A program made the position numbers and the translations under genes. Of a DNA stretch of 64,000 bases, positions 1 through 12,471 are shown piece after piece. The stretch comes from Oikopleura dioica (lineage: Eukaryota > Animalia > Chordata). The notes below the pieces were generated by a model. It had not been told where the DNA came from. It saw only the letters and a program-made list of their open reading frames with translations, and ran no database searches. Location: assembly GCA_907165135.1 (NCBI GenBank), contig OU015568.1, positions 6,572,001 to 6,636,000 of the forward strand, written 5' to 3'. Position 1 is the stretch's first letter; each line of letters starts with the position of its first letter.

Positions 1-80
1 TTCTTTTCATCATTTTTTGAGAAAGCAAGAGTCGACAAGTTAAGGGTTCCTCGGGGTTAATGAATTTTAAGTGAACATAT

Positions 81-206
81 TGACACCCTTATTTTCTGGG
101 CTCGTCAAACAGTGTAGAAAACCTGAGTCAGGTTCGGAAGAGCTTTCTTCAGAAGCTGGCTCAGATTTTCGAAACAGGTTGATGAGCCCAGAAAATAAGG
201 GTGTCA
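81..206. mobile_element. Family-A palindromic MITE-like copy 1 (short) with extra TGACACCCTTATTTT arms
   Basis: TGACACCCTTATTTTCTGGGCTC..AAAACCTGAGTCAGG..GAGCCCAGAAAATAAGGGTGTCA. Confidence 0.75.
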
Positions 207-470
207 GTACGTTAACTCAAAATTCATTCACCCCGAAGAACCGTAAACTTGTCGGTAATTACTTTAATTATTGAGTTTCTATGTCAATTTTAATTGATTT
301 AGCAGCGTTTTCAATTCATCGCGTCTAAGTGTCAATGAAATTGAAGCTGCTGTTATGATGATAACTTTGAGTAATCAGCGACCTTTTGATGATATTCAAT
401 TCAATATCGAGTTCGCCAGAACATGACGTGGCGAATTCTAAAAAAATAACGATGGTTGAACCAGTTTCAG

Positions 471-608
471 GCGCACGCAGATGGAAATGTCGAAGGTTTT
501 CTTGACCCAAACGACTTTTCGTATCCGGCAATCAACCCCGAAACCGGCGAAATCGAAAATGTTCAAGTCAGTGGCAGCGAACTCGGCGAAAATTCAGCGC
601 TCTACTAG
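471..608 (+). CDS. Probable terminal exon of an unidentified gene
   Basis: TTTCAG acceptor then open frame AHADGNVEGFLDPNDFSYPAINPETGEIENVQVSGSELGENSALY*. A 43-nt GT..AG segment (428-470) precedes it. No recognisable family. Confidence 0.35.
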   Translation, partial: AHADGNVEGFLDPNDFSYPAINPETGEIENVQVSGSELGENSALY

Positions 609-936
609 CTGAAAATTAAATTATTACGTTCTACTGCACCTTTCTTTTTCAACTTGTACAGTTTTTATTATATTTTCGCCGAAGTGAGGAGAAAAATGGC
701 CGCCGCTCGAACGTAATTTAATGAGTTCGTGAAAATATACGCCCACAGCTCGGTGGGTATTGCGACGACTCATTGGATTTGACAGTCGGATGATCGGATG
801 TGAGATAATTTCGCCGATTCCGACTGTTGATCAAACAGATTAAATAATTTAAAATTCTACGATCATCATCATCTTTCTTTAGTCTATGCACAAGATGTTC
901 TCGTATAAGGTCCAAGAATGTCATTAAAATTTCGAA

Positions 937-1353
937 AATTCGATATCTATTCAGTAATAAAAATTGAGTTAAAGAAACCAATAGGGTTTAAGAATTTAGT
1001 GTGCTGATTATTAAATTCTTTATAGGCGGAACTCGAAAATTTACGACTGTATCTTTACTATAACAAACGCTGTATCTATTGAAAACTCATTATATGGAGA
1101 ATCTGTGAACCACAAAAGCCCTGGTTAAAGTCGGCAATCTTCGGAAAGCCCTGTCGATTCTGAAACGCCCTTCATTTTTGGAAAACACCACTGAGTTTCC
1201 AATAGATACAGCGTTTGTTATTAGTAAAGATACAGTCGTAAATTTTCAAGAACGCAAGTTTCGCCCATAATGAATTTGATAATCAACGCACTTAATTCTT
1301 TAACCGGATTTGTTTCTTTAACTCGATTTCTATTACTGAATAGATATCGAATT
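937..1353. mobile_element. ~415-bp foldback/MITE-like palindrome
   Basis: Arms of roughly 150 bp: AATTCGATATCTATTCAGTAATA../..TATTACTGAATAGATATCGAATT, plus inner AATAGATACAGCGTTTGTTA / TAACAAACGCTGTATCTATT. Confidence 0.8.
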
Positions 1354-1532
1354 AGCGACATCGATTCAAATTCTCCTCATGACGCCCCGCTGCCGCAATT
1401 CGCCAAGACAATAAATAAACATCAACCTTTACATTTGTTATTTTGTCTCGCCATATTTCTTGAAATCGAATCTCCTAATAAATATGTTTTACATCTCCCA
1501 ACACGCAACCACCAAAAATGAAACAAATTTAG

Positions 1533-4500
1533 CTTTATCTGGAACAACTCGTCATGTTACGATCCATATTGGAGCATTTTGCCGATCCTGATTCTCGGAC
1601 ATCAGCTGTCGGAGAAATCAGCACTTGTTGGACGAGATTATGTCATTGCCACGGTTGTTCTTCTTTGGGGAGTCAGACTGACTTACAACTGGATGCGGAG
1701 CTTCAGAGCCTGGTCTCATCAAGGTAAGGCATTGGTATGTCTATGCTTTCGATCTAGGCTCGGTAACCTGTGTTGAAAACCTGAGTCAGGGTCGCAAAAT
1801 AGTACCAATAATCATTACAATTGTAATACATTTGTATTTTACCCTTAGCGAAGCCGCTTCGTGGCTTCTTTTTTGAAAAAGCCGCGTTGCGGCTTTTCGT
1901 TAAAGATCTTTCAAATCCTGACTCAGGTTTTGACATGCTGCCGAGCTCAGCTTTCGATTTTTTGGAGTTATTTCCGCTGAAAAATCGAGGTTTTTTTTCG
2001 TCGATTGTTATTTTTGAGCATTTTTATTGGTCAGAGAATCGAAAGATTTGACCATGGAAAATTTACAATCACATATTTTTGGCATTCTTGGCAATGCCAA
2101 AAACATGAAATATGGAATGTTTTTAAAGGTCTTTTTGAGTAGACAGTCTGTAACTTCAAGGCTTCTAATTTGGTTAGACAGACCGGTGAGTCTAGCTTCG
2201 TACAGCCAGAAGGGAAGTCTTAAAATTCCGGCACCAGCCACAACCTCCCGTTTGGCTTAAAAAAGACCTGAGGAAAGGGAGCTGAACATGCCACGGAATG
2301 AATTTTTGAGTTCATGTTGAATATCGTTGGTAGTTTTATTTAGCGATTATCTAAATCGCTCAACCCACAGTACAAGGATGTTCTTGTACCGGGAAAAGCA
2401 GGAGTTAGTTATCAGCGACGGTATAAAACGTGGAATAGGAGCAGGACAAGATAACCGTTTATCTTGTTATTTCGTAATTGGCATACAGACATTCGAAGGC
2501 TCTGAATTTCGTAAGGCGGCAATTTGGAACGTTTCTCGCTTTTTACAGTATTTTTCTGTAGAAAGTCGTACGGGGACGGGAAGGCTTTTTTCGCAGGCGT
2601 TATCTGCTAGTAGCTTTTCCAGCGCAAGCAAAACAAATGGGTACTTAAGGTCGTTATCACGGGATCAGTATTCAGCGTCCTGGGTAGCTAGTACGCTGAT
2701 AACCGTCGGCTTAGATGCGGCTCGATGCAGCGACAAAGGGGATAAACCAAAAAATCATGTTTCAAAGGAGCTATTGTAAGAAATGTCCTCCTCTCACAAT
2801 ATTCAGCGAATTATATCTCCTCGAATAATAATATCCAGACACTTCAAGGAGAGTCTTGTGCTTTTCGAGGGTAGCTTTCAACGGAAAAAACATGTTGATT
2901 TTTTTTTCTCACGAAATTGAGGTTGTAATCTGAATTTAATTCAGGGTCAAATCAGGTGAAGAAACTCGCTATTTTCGATGTAATGTAGTGGTAGATTCGC
3001 GGCACCTGAAATGTGCCAACTGCAGATTAGAAAAAAATAAGTTTCACTTTTCTCCGAAGTGAAGGTTCTAGTGGACCAATCAAGGGATGGTAGATAGTCT
3101 GCCGATGAGACGCTCTTTTATTATATACGATAAGAAAGCGAGCCCTTGTCGCGCATTAACTGAGTGGTGCTTAATTGAGAAGGAAATATTATGTAACACG
3201 TCGTTCGTTGGAAACGATGCTCGATCATGAACGCATTTGTTTTTCTCATTAATTAATCAGCAATGAATTAGTTGCGTTAAGCAGGTGCTGCGGCAGTTTT
3301 GTGGAAAAACGGTTTTTCCAAGAACCAAATATTTTTCGACAAAGCAAAGGGCCTTTTTCAATGGATTGAATTTCCATCTCATGTGAGTTTTGATTATTAA
3401 GAGACTCTGATTTGCGGATGTAACTCTCGGTATAAATATTTTGACATTTTAATGTAAATAAATAATATATAATAATAAACAATATTAAGACAAATTGAGT
3501 GAATGAAGTAGCTGGAAAGTGATTTGAATATGTTTTTTTTGGTTGTTTTCTCATAATATTCATTTTTCTAATGGTACGTATTTGAGCTTTTATTTACAGT
3601 TGTTGTACCTGAAATCCGGAACGAATCTAGTTTAATTTTAGCTATAATAATCAGAAAGCAAGATTTGCCTTCTAAGATTGTCGACAAGACAGTCTTGACA
3701 ATGTCGATGGCAACTGTCGATTTCCGCAAATCGTAATTACGATATGTCGAGTCTTCATTGTCTAGTCGACAATCTTAGAAGGTACCTTGATTATTATAGC
3801 TGTAATCAAACTAAATTCGTTCCGGATTTCAGATACGACAATTGCAAATGAAAGCTCAAGTACGTATCATTCTCTGGTATTACTATTATTATTAACATCG
3901 ACTCAAGATAATTAACTTTTTCCTGCCCGAATCCACGAATTTGCGTGTTTGAATTACAAGAATTCAAAACTCCACATATAAAAAAATTAGTACTCTCAAA
4001 ATATTAGCGGTTCAAATTCATTACCAACGAAAATATTTAGATTGGCGATACACTTATCTACGCGATTCAAACATTGGGTGGATGTCTCCTGTTTTCGGAT
4101 TGGTTACGTACTGGGTTGTATTCAGTGGTCTTGCCTTTCATATTTATCCGACCTTGAGCGTATTTGGCGGTCTGCTACCCGGAATCTATGCAATCGAAGA
4201 CGGTCAGACGGCGCTCAACGTACTTGATATTGTAGGAAACGGATAACTTAATTTGCGGATCAGAAATTCGAAAATCCAGCTTACTCTCTTCTACATGTCA
4301 TCAGATCATCATTCTAACTCTCAAGTAGGATTGATGCTAGGAGGATTAATGATTATCGACGTAGACAGGGCTGAAAAATGAACTTTCGGCTACTAAAAGC
4401 TGAGCTCGGCAAACTGTGCAGAAAACCTGAGTCAGGGTCTGAAAGATCTTTAATGAAAAGCTTGCAAAGCCGCTTTGCGGCTTCATATTTTCATTAAAGA

Positions 4501-6412
4501 TCTCTCAGACCCTGACTCAGGATTTCTACAGAGGTTGCCGATCTCAGAATAAAAGTCCTTTTTTATTTCAATAATTGAAATAAAGAGGTTTTCCAGTGGC
4601 CAAAGCTTATTTTTGGCGCATTATTATAAGGCTCAATTCTGAAACTACTCATTTTTGTAGGTCAACTTGAGAGCTAATTATGTTCTCAATAAAACTTGTA
4701 ACTTGTATTTCTGCGGAGCGAAATTATTGATTTGACAAGGCCCGCGAAACCACGTTTTCGGAGTGCCAGCAAGAGCATGGGTATCTTGATAAATGATAAT
4801 TGAAAATCGAGGTGATCCGTCAGCGTTATCCGATTTCAGGTGCTTCGATTTCCATTGCCGGTGTGGTGGTGCAGGGCGCCGCGGATAATCAACTTTATGA
4901 TTTTCGAAAAAGCATCAATTTCAAGGAAGAGTTAATTAAGCTTCTATGACGGCCTCAAGGTCATGTTCCGCCTCATTTTTAAAACAACTGAATCTGGTGA
5001 TTAACATTTCCTAAAATTTCGGTCGAGCCACGTTTTTTTTTCATCGTACAAATCCTCCTTGATGGATACAGAAACTATGTATCACATCACTCCTTATGCT
5101 ATAATTGCCAAACAACGAATTGATTGGCTTACAAACGCAACGATTTTTTCATGCGTTTCGCAACTTTGGAAGGTGTAACTTATTTTGATGTTAAATAAGA
5201 ATACGATTTAGTGACGTCAATGATCTTATCTGAAGCAGCAAAATTATAAAAAAACACACCTTTTCAATTTTTCAGTTTTCAGTATAAAAGTAAATAGCGA
5301 ACCGGTTGTATATGATCATATTTTGGAAAACTGACGTCAGTTATTCAGGTGCTTGGCTTATTTCCTGCTTCCAAAAGTTGGCAGTTTATTTGAATGGCAA
5401 TAAATTGACAGCAGTTGTAAGCTCTACTTTTAGGATAACATGTAAGTTGCCTTCCTGCCGCGTTTTTAAATTGCTTCCGTCTATATCGAGAATAGAAGGT
5501 AACTACACGTAACTTGGCATCATGGCAGTTACAGTGTACTACCTGGAAAAAAAAGTTTGACCTAGTTCGGTCCTAAAAAGATAAGTTTTCGATTTCGAAA
5601 GCTGATTTTCTTCAATGGTGCTATCTAAGTACAATTAACAAGAAATCGCCAGTAAGGTTAATTACAAGTTGTCAAATGTAAAGAATATTGACACTCAAAT
5701 AAGCCGGCGAGCATATTTTTTATGTGAGCCAAAACAACTTGCATATTATCGAGCTCTAATATTATTGTCAATAATTTTTATTGAACCCCAATTATGTTAG
5801 CTGAATTATACTGAAAACATGACTTCCTTGAGGCATTTGATCGTATTATGTTAAAGTTACAGCTTCATTTTTATTTAATCAAATGATCGTCACGTGGTCG
5901 GTTTTAGAAAATTGCGGCGCTAGAAAGAACTAACTTCTAACGACTCTTTTTGTAATTATCCAAATTGTGCTCTGCTATTTACTTCCGCCCATTTAACTTG
6001 CAACTAACTCGTGTTAGCCCGGCAGTATTTTGAAAACTGGTTTGTGGGGACGAGTGCGCCACCCCAACTACCTCGGAGAAATGCTCTTTTGGATCGGTTT
6101 AGCTGTAATTGGCTTTGCTGGCACCAACAATGCGTATCTATTCGCTGGAGCCGCGCAGATGATCATTTTGTCTACGAGTTCAAAATTGAGGCAGTGCAAA
6201 AATCGACAGTTATGTCACTAGAATCGATTCCGAGAAGCCTCGTTTTCTTGAAGAAGTTAATTTAGATAGTGAAAGTGGCCCTCTTTTGAACTCGACTTCA
6301 GATTACATGCTATTCAGCCCCGGCAATGGATAAAAAGATGCTTGACTCACGCGGAAAATCATATAAAGTTTACGCTGCCAAAACACCGTCCTTCATCCCT
6401 CGAATTTTCTAG
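1533..6412 (+). CDS. DUF1295 / steroid 5-alpha-reductase-like membrane protein (5' end unresolved)
   Basis: Exons 1533-1723, 4041-4235, 4840-4925, 6018-~6170 and 6302-6412 give NSSCYDPYWS..WGVRLTYNW..HQDWRY..ADNQLYDFR..TGLWGRVRHPNYLGE..TPSFIPRIF*. These are the hallmark DUF1295 motifs. Confidence 0.85.
1757..1947. mobile_element. Family-A copy 2 (intron of DUF1295 gene)
   Basis: GGCTCGGTAACCTGTGTTGAAAACCTGAGTCAGG..AAGCCGC hairpins..CCTGACTCAGG..GCCGAGC. Confidence 0.8.
3570..3871. mobile_element. ~300-bp palindrome with an inner CCTTCTAAGATTGTCGAC..GTCGACAATCTTAGAAGG unit (3668-3782)
   Basis: Inverted arms TACGTA.TTGAGCTTT..GAAATCCGGAACGAAT..CTATAATAATCA are directly visible. Confidence 0.8.
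4400..4547. mobile_element. Family-A copy 3 (intron of DUF1295 gene)
   Basis: Inverted arms with CCTGAGTCAGG/CCTGACTCAGG and one central AAGCCGC..GCGGCTT hairpin. Confidence 0.85.
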
Positions 6413-6751
6413 CCACCTTTGGCCTTTCAATTTTACGATCCTGATGTGCTTCTGATTGATTCTTCAAAAACATGTTCTTGCTTTAGCGAATTTCTCAATT
6501 CTAATTCTGCTGTTCTGAAATTCCGATTCCAAGGGGCGGAAATCAGCCCCTCGTTTGCCCGTGCCAAGGTATAAGAAAATATTTAGAAATTGAATTGAAA
6601 ATGAAGTCGAGTTTTGGCGACACGGCGTCTCTAGTGGAGACGAGCTCCGCCGTCCACAATCCTGACTCGTTATGCCGAAGGTAATCCCATTTGAAAATCA
6701 AATTCAAGAAAAGAAAATAGTTTTTTCAAACGCATGCGCGTTTTTTTCCTG

Positions 6752-6988
6752 AAAATGATGGAAACGCTCGGTTTTAGAAAAAAAAATTATAAAAATTTCC
6801 ACCAATCAGAAAGTCGAATTTTCAAATTGAGCCAATAAGACTGCTCTATTCCTAATTTTCTATATTTGACAAATTTATGCAAATTAGGAATAGAGGATTC
6901 TTATTGGCTCAATTTACAAATTCGGCTTTCTGATTGGTCAAAAATTTTTTATATTTTTTTTTCTAAAAACAAGCGTTGCCATCATTTT
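6752..6988. mobile_element. ~235-bp palindrome with CCAAT-box arms
   Basis: AAAATGATGG..ACCAATCAGAAAG..GAGCCAATAAGA / TCTTATTGGCTC..CTTTCTGATTGGT..CCATCATTTT. Confidence 0.8.
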
Positions 6989-7506
6989 GCTTCAGTAAAT
7001 TACGTTAACGCTTCTTCCTGGAGTTATAACATCTAAGCAGTAGTTACCCCCTTTAATTTATTATTCGCCCAAATAGTAGCTACAAATATCCCGAACAAAG
7101 CATCAGTTGTTCTCAGCTTACACCGACGTACTCAGAAAAATGCACCGTTTCAGATATTTTCGTATTTATTTATATTAAGAACCGCAAACGGGCATTTTCA
7201 TCCCGAAGTAGTATTTGTGAAGAATGTGTATTTGCAACGCAAATAGCGAATTACAACGCTTATTTGGGTGATAGCAAGAAGCGAGTTATTATTTCGTCCT
7301 AAATGCTTTCCGTAGTACTTTGTTGGGAATAGCTAAATATGGAGAAATTTAACAAAAAAATACTGGACCTAATATTGAATTTGAAAGCAAAACAAAATAA
7401 ACGTTTTTTATTTGGTAATCAAAAGGATTACATTGGGTTACTTCCTGGTAGTTTAGAGATCAGTTAGGGCCGGAAACTCAAATTATTCGTTTGATTTTCC
7501 TACGGT

Positions 7507-7935
7507 TCTAAAACGATGACACCCTTATTTTAATTTGCAGATGATAAAATAACGGTCTCATTTCTATAGCTTGAACTTTCTTTACAGAATCCCACCCTTA
7601 CAGTGGGTTGCGCAGTAGGTTGCCCCTTTGCAATTGCAGCTTTGGTTGCCCCTTTGCCCGCGCTTTTTCTATTGTTCCTTTCTTGACTCGCTCAAAGTGA
7701 TTGCAGGATTGGTTGCCCCTTCACCCGCACTTTAGGGGGCAACTACCTGCGCAACCCACTGTACTTCAATTAATAGGGGTTGGTAAAAAAGGGTGCCACT
7801 CTTAAAATAATACCCGTATTTACACCTGTTTATTGAAATAAGGGTGTCATTACGTTAAGTAAGTAAGCTCAAGCTAACGAAGTGGCACCCTTTTTTATCA
7901 TCTGTAAGTTAAAATAAGGGTGTCATCGTTTTAGA
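7507..7935. mobile_element. MITE-like element with TCTAAAACGATGACACCCTTATTTTA inverted termini
   Basis: 26-bp perfect TIR, with internal GGGTGCCACT/AGTGGCACCC repeats. Confidence 0.8.
7601..7761. mobile_element. Tc1/mariner-type MITE nested in the previous element
   Basis: TA|CAGTGGGTTGCGCAG..CTGCGCAACCCACTG|TA: CAGTG termini and a TA target duplication. Confidence 0.85.
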
Positions 7936-8832
7936 TACATAAAATGGTTTTAGAACATCCGTTTCAGTAAGGATAAATTTCTAATTCATTTTTATAAAAA
8001 CGAATCAACATTATTTTGGCCGGAAATGTCCTCAACCTTTTTCTATTGCCGTAAACATGCCTCGTTCATTTGTTCAAATTCAATCTCAACGTCATTTTTT
8101 TCAAGAATTCAAGAACTGCATTTTAGCTCTCAATACCGTTCCTGCTTATTCCGCAGCGGTTCCGATTTTCTTTCCAATCCGAATCTCAGCTCGCCGAAAA
8201 AGCGCTCAACAACTTCTTCAACGCTGGAGATCTTGCAAGACGCCGCCGACTCGATCACGTGCGCGACCGATGCGACAACATGTAATACAGAAGGTAGGAG
8301 GGCCCTTTAAAGCTTTGGTGCAGCTTAGGTCCGCCGCTGCTTATTTTGGTAGTCAATTTTATCACCCGCATTCTAATGTGGCTCTACATCGTTTCTTTCT
8401 TTACAACTTTTGTCGTAATGGCAAGTTTTTTTTTAAGAAAAATACCTTATGAATTCTTTCATAATTGAAATCAACTGAAAAGCTTGATTTGGGAAAGTCC
8501 GTAATGAGAAAAAATAATACCCATGTCGAGAACTAACTAACAATGATAAGAGACTCTCATTACTTGCTCTTTGGCGTCCTGTGTACGGTACTGGCTTATC
8601 AGTCCGAAACACGACTTACACTTGAGCCACTCACTTCAACATGATCAATATCGGAGATATTTGAACCCGTAAACATGCCTCTTGCGGTGGAAAGTCGAGT
8701 TATCCAGAGCTACTAATTGATTTCTGGAAGTGAGGTCACTTCTCCTTTTCTAACGTATCTACTTTGTAACACTTCCACTTGAATTTAATTCTCCTCGGAC
8801 GCCCTTAACTTTTTTTGATAATCACTAATCAA

Positions 8833-9003
8833 GGCTGGGTTTGAAATGTGTAGAAGACCTGAGTCAGGGTCCTTTTGGAGGCAACATAAACAGCTCTTTC
8901 GAGACCCTGACTCAGGTTTCTCAGTCTTTTTCAGTCTTTTTTAACCAACGGCGAAGCCGCTCTGCGGCTTCGATTTTTAAAAAGCCGCTGCGCGGCTTTC
9001 CAT
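8833..9003. mobile_element. Family-A copy 4 (rearranged)
   Basis: TGAGTCA arm pair at 8860-8915, followed by two AAGCCGC hairpins outside the arms. Confidence 0.65.
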
Positions 9004-9008
9004 TATAG

Positions 9009-11904
9009 CTTTCCGAACCTCACTCTCAGAGAGAGGGTAGACCCCAGTATTCAAAAACGTTATCTTCGATTCCATGAAAATCACCGTGCGGGTAGACTCA
9101 ATTCGAATGTATAAAATTGTCCGTGTTCAGAGCTGATAAGCCCGGAGTTTCGCCCAAAATCGTCGCGATCGCGGTTCGACAAGAATCCTGTGCCGTCGGG
9201 CTTAACGCCTATCAAGCAAAATGATAATGACACGGTTCACTTATCCATTTTCGGACTAGCTGAAGTCCAGACTCTCCTTGTTTCTTGAAATAAAAGAAGT
9301 TCGCATTAGAAAATCCGGTTCAAGGAGTGTTTGGACTCTCTAAAGTGGAGCTTTTAGTAAGTAACCGTTCTCAAGCTTTTGAATTATGGCTAGTCAAGAA
9401 GCTCAAAAAGGAGGAAGATGCGAAACAAGCTAAAAAGAAGGCTCGGTTCTTAAAATTCACGTTTTAAAGAGCACTAAAGTAGCCGTAGCCAATTTGCCAT
9501 TTTACAATAACTAATAAGTGAACTTAGAAAAGAGTTCGTTGAAAAATTCCGGTTTTTAATTAACATAGTAATGAGAACCCTAGAAAAAGTTAGAAGCTGA
9601 GCAGCGAGAGCGAGAAGCTAAAGAGGTTTGTAAATAAAGAAGCTTGGCTTGGCAAGAACCTGTGTAGAAACCCTGAGTAAGGATTTTAAAGGGCTTATTA
9701 TAAGATTGAACTACCTATTTGGGCGAAGAAGCTTTGCGGCTTCGTTCTTATATAAGCCGCTACGCGGCATTTTATTTAAGTCGTTTCAAATCCTGACTCA
9801 GGGTTTTTACTCAGGTTGCCAAGCTCGAATCCGAAAGAAAGGGGATTATTAGACAGTTTTCTTTATGAAAAATTTTTGAATATGAATTACTATGGTCTAA
9901 AAATCCGCTTTATTTTGGTCTTTGCCCGGTAGTGGGAGACTTCACCAGTTTCGAGCGTTGCTGAAATCCGCAGCTCGTGTTGTGCCAACCAGGCTTTTTA
10001 TTTATTTTTAAGAAGATAAAGCGAAATTCGGAGGGCTATCAAAACTGGCTCAAGCAAAAGGAGGAACACGAGAGACGCCTGAGGGTAAGAACTTGTGCGA
10101 GGGTTGTGGGGCGCAAGAACTTGAAATTATTGCGAAATAGAATCGAACATCCTCGAGATCATTCTATATTCGCGATTGAGCGCTGGGCTCGGCTAAGAAA
10201 CCTGTGTGAAAACCTGAGTCAGCTTCTGAAGAGCGGCTTGGCCAGTATTTAGACAAGATTGAAACTGACTCAGGCTTTTACACAGGTTTCCGAGCCCAAA
10301 GAGTAATGGCTTGGTTTTGCAAATTTCTAATGTAACTCAGAATGACATGTTTTCTTTTTAGGAAGAAAAAGAACGCAGGGATGAGTTAAGAAGCAAAAGA
10401 GCTGAAAAGGAGCGACAGAAGAAAGCTGAAGAAAAGGTCAGAAAAGTGAGGACTTACACTTTCTTTTTGTCTAAACAAAAACGTGGCTGAGAGAACCAAG
10501 GGTCTTGATTCTTGAGCTGAAAGACAGTAGATTTCGTAATTGCTTGTGTATATTTTAGGGAATAATATTGATTATAATTTATAATTGGCCAATATGAACA
10601 CGCCCGTTAGATAACGACTATCAATTAATCATAATAACTATCAATAAGAATATTTCACAAACAAGCAAGACAATTGCTAGTTGAATTGGACGCTAGAATC
10701 TTAAATCAAAAAACGACTAAGCCGGAAGCAATTAGATAAAATCTGGGTCAGCTCGGCAAGCTTGTAAAAGACCAACGCCATGATCAGAAGGACGCAATTT
10801 TAATTGCAAATTTCGCGCCTGTTCAAAATTTCAAATTTTCGCCGATTCAATATTTCCAATTTTTTTTTCAGCCAACGTTTGAAAAATTCAAAATTTGCAT
10901 TTTTCTTCTGGCGAATTCTAAAAACAGCTTCTTTAGGAAAAGGCGGAGGAAAAGTTTCAAGAGTGGCGAAAGGCCAAGGACGAAGCGGAGAAAAAAGCCA
11001 AACAAGCTGCCAAGGAGAAGCGGATTTTGGAGCAGAAAGAGGCGGGGAAAAAACGAGAGGTAGGGTTCAGATGCAAACCAGCGTGGTCACGGCAACCTGT
11101 GTTGAAAACCTGAGTCAGGTTCTGAAAGAGCTAAATGATAAGCCCCTAGCGGCTTTTTTCAGCCGCTTCGCCAGAATTTTTATGGAAGATTTTAGTGCTA
11201 ATATTTAGCTCTTTGAAAACCTGACTCAGGTTTTCAACACAGGTTGGCGAGGCTAGAATCTTTGCAGAGGGCGAAGAGAGCGTAATTGCTTCTTTGAACC
11301 GGAGCTGACGGTGTTTGGGAACAGCTCCAACTCATCGTTTGATTATCAAATTCATTCTCGAGTAGTTAATACGAGAGGCACTAGGGTCAAAGTGGCTTTC
11401 CAAAGTCACCAGTGGAAGCGAATCGCGGGAATTGCCACTTGACACGTTTCAAGCTCGCTAGATTTCAAATTGAAAAGCAACAGCGAACTGGATTAACTTA
11501 TAAGCGTAAAAATCAAAGTCTGAGAATCTGAATCTTTCAGATTCAGGCTATTTTTGGTACTCCTCGAATAATAACGAAATAAAAACAGTCTGTAATAAAT
11601 CTTGTGCTTCAAGTTTGTTTGTAGGAAAACGAAAAGAAATTCAAGGAATGGCTCAAAAAGGTCAATGAAACTAATCCAAAGGAGAGTGAAGACGTGTTTA
11701 CAAACAAACCGTGGGTGCCGCCAATTCCGAAGAGCATTCCGACCAAGAGAAAGCAGAACCGACCGCAGAGCGCGAGACCTGCTGGCCGTCCTCGATCAGG
11801 TAAACAGAACAGCAACAATAATCCAGCTCATTTCATTTTCAGCGATTCAATCCAAGCCGCTGATTATTACTCGTCAATCTACTTGCTTCGTCAACTGGTC
11901 CTGA
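9009..11904 (+). CDS. CCDC34-like coiled-coil protein (5' end unresolved)
   Basis: Short charged exons with recurring W-containing helices (QAFELWLVKK, GYQNWLKQK, KFQEWRKAK, KFKEWLKK) and NKPWVPPI. The last intron is 11800-11842 (43 nt) and the last exon AIQSKPLIITRQSTCFVNWS*. The family call is from motif recall. Confidence 0.6.
9646..9824. mobile_element. Family-A copy 5 (CCDC34-like intron)
   Basis: GGCTTGGCAAGAACCTGTGTAGAAACCCTGAGT..CCTGACTCAGG..GGTTGCCAAGC. Confidence 0.8.
10184..10298. mobile_element. Family-A copy 6 (CCDC34-like intron)
   Basis: TGGGCTCGG..AAAACCTGAGTCAG..CTGACTCAGGCTTTTACACAGGTTTCCGAGCCCA. Confidence 0.8.
11085..11253. mobile_element. Family-A copy 7 (CCDC34-like intron)
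   Basis: GGCAACCTGTGTTGAAAACCTGAGTCAGG..CCTGACTCAGGTTTTCAACACAGGTTGG. Confidence 0.85.
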
Positions 11905-12180
11905 CTCTGTCCAAATCCACCTCCTCTACAATAACACGTTCTTGACTGTAACTCTTTTTGATCTTCGGAATCTCCTCAACCTTTTTTTCGCATTCAAACT
12001 TTCTTTTAAAAAATTTTTTTTTCTATTTCAACAATTTTATTTTTTAAAAAAGAATAAACGACATTTTTTACAAAAAAAAAAATGATGCATCTTCGAATAA
12101 GAAAGCTCTATTTTCTTATTTACAGATGCTTGTTTTTGATTTTTTCATTAAAAAATGATAAACTTCGGTGATTCCGAGGT

Positions 12181-12471
12181 CTAAACGCTCAGTTTTGAAG
12201 TGAGTGGTTTACAGTTTTTTATTACCGTAGAATCTACGGCGTAGATTTACCAGACGACCTTCATTTCTAACCTTGGCTGGGCTCGGCAGTCTGCGTAGAA
12301 AACCTGAGTCAGGGTCCTGAAAGAACTAATTTCATCACAGCGCTAACAGGACCCTGACTCAGGTTTTCTACACAGGTTGCCGAGCCCAGCCGAGGTGTGA
12401 AATGAAGGTCGTCTGGTAAATCCACGGTAATAAAAAACTGCAAACCACTCATTTCAAAACTGGGCGTGTAG
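12181..12471. mobile_element. ~290-bp palindrome with Family-A copy 8 (12277-12389) at its centre
   Basis: Outer arms CTAAACGCTCAGTTTTGAAGTGAGTGG../..CCACTCATTTCAAAACTGGGCGTGTAG enclose a clean short Family-A copy. Confidence 0.85.
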
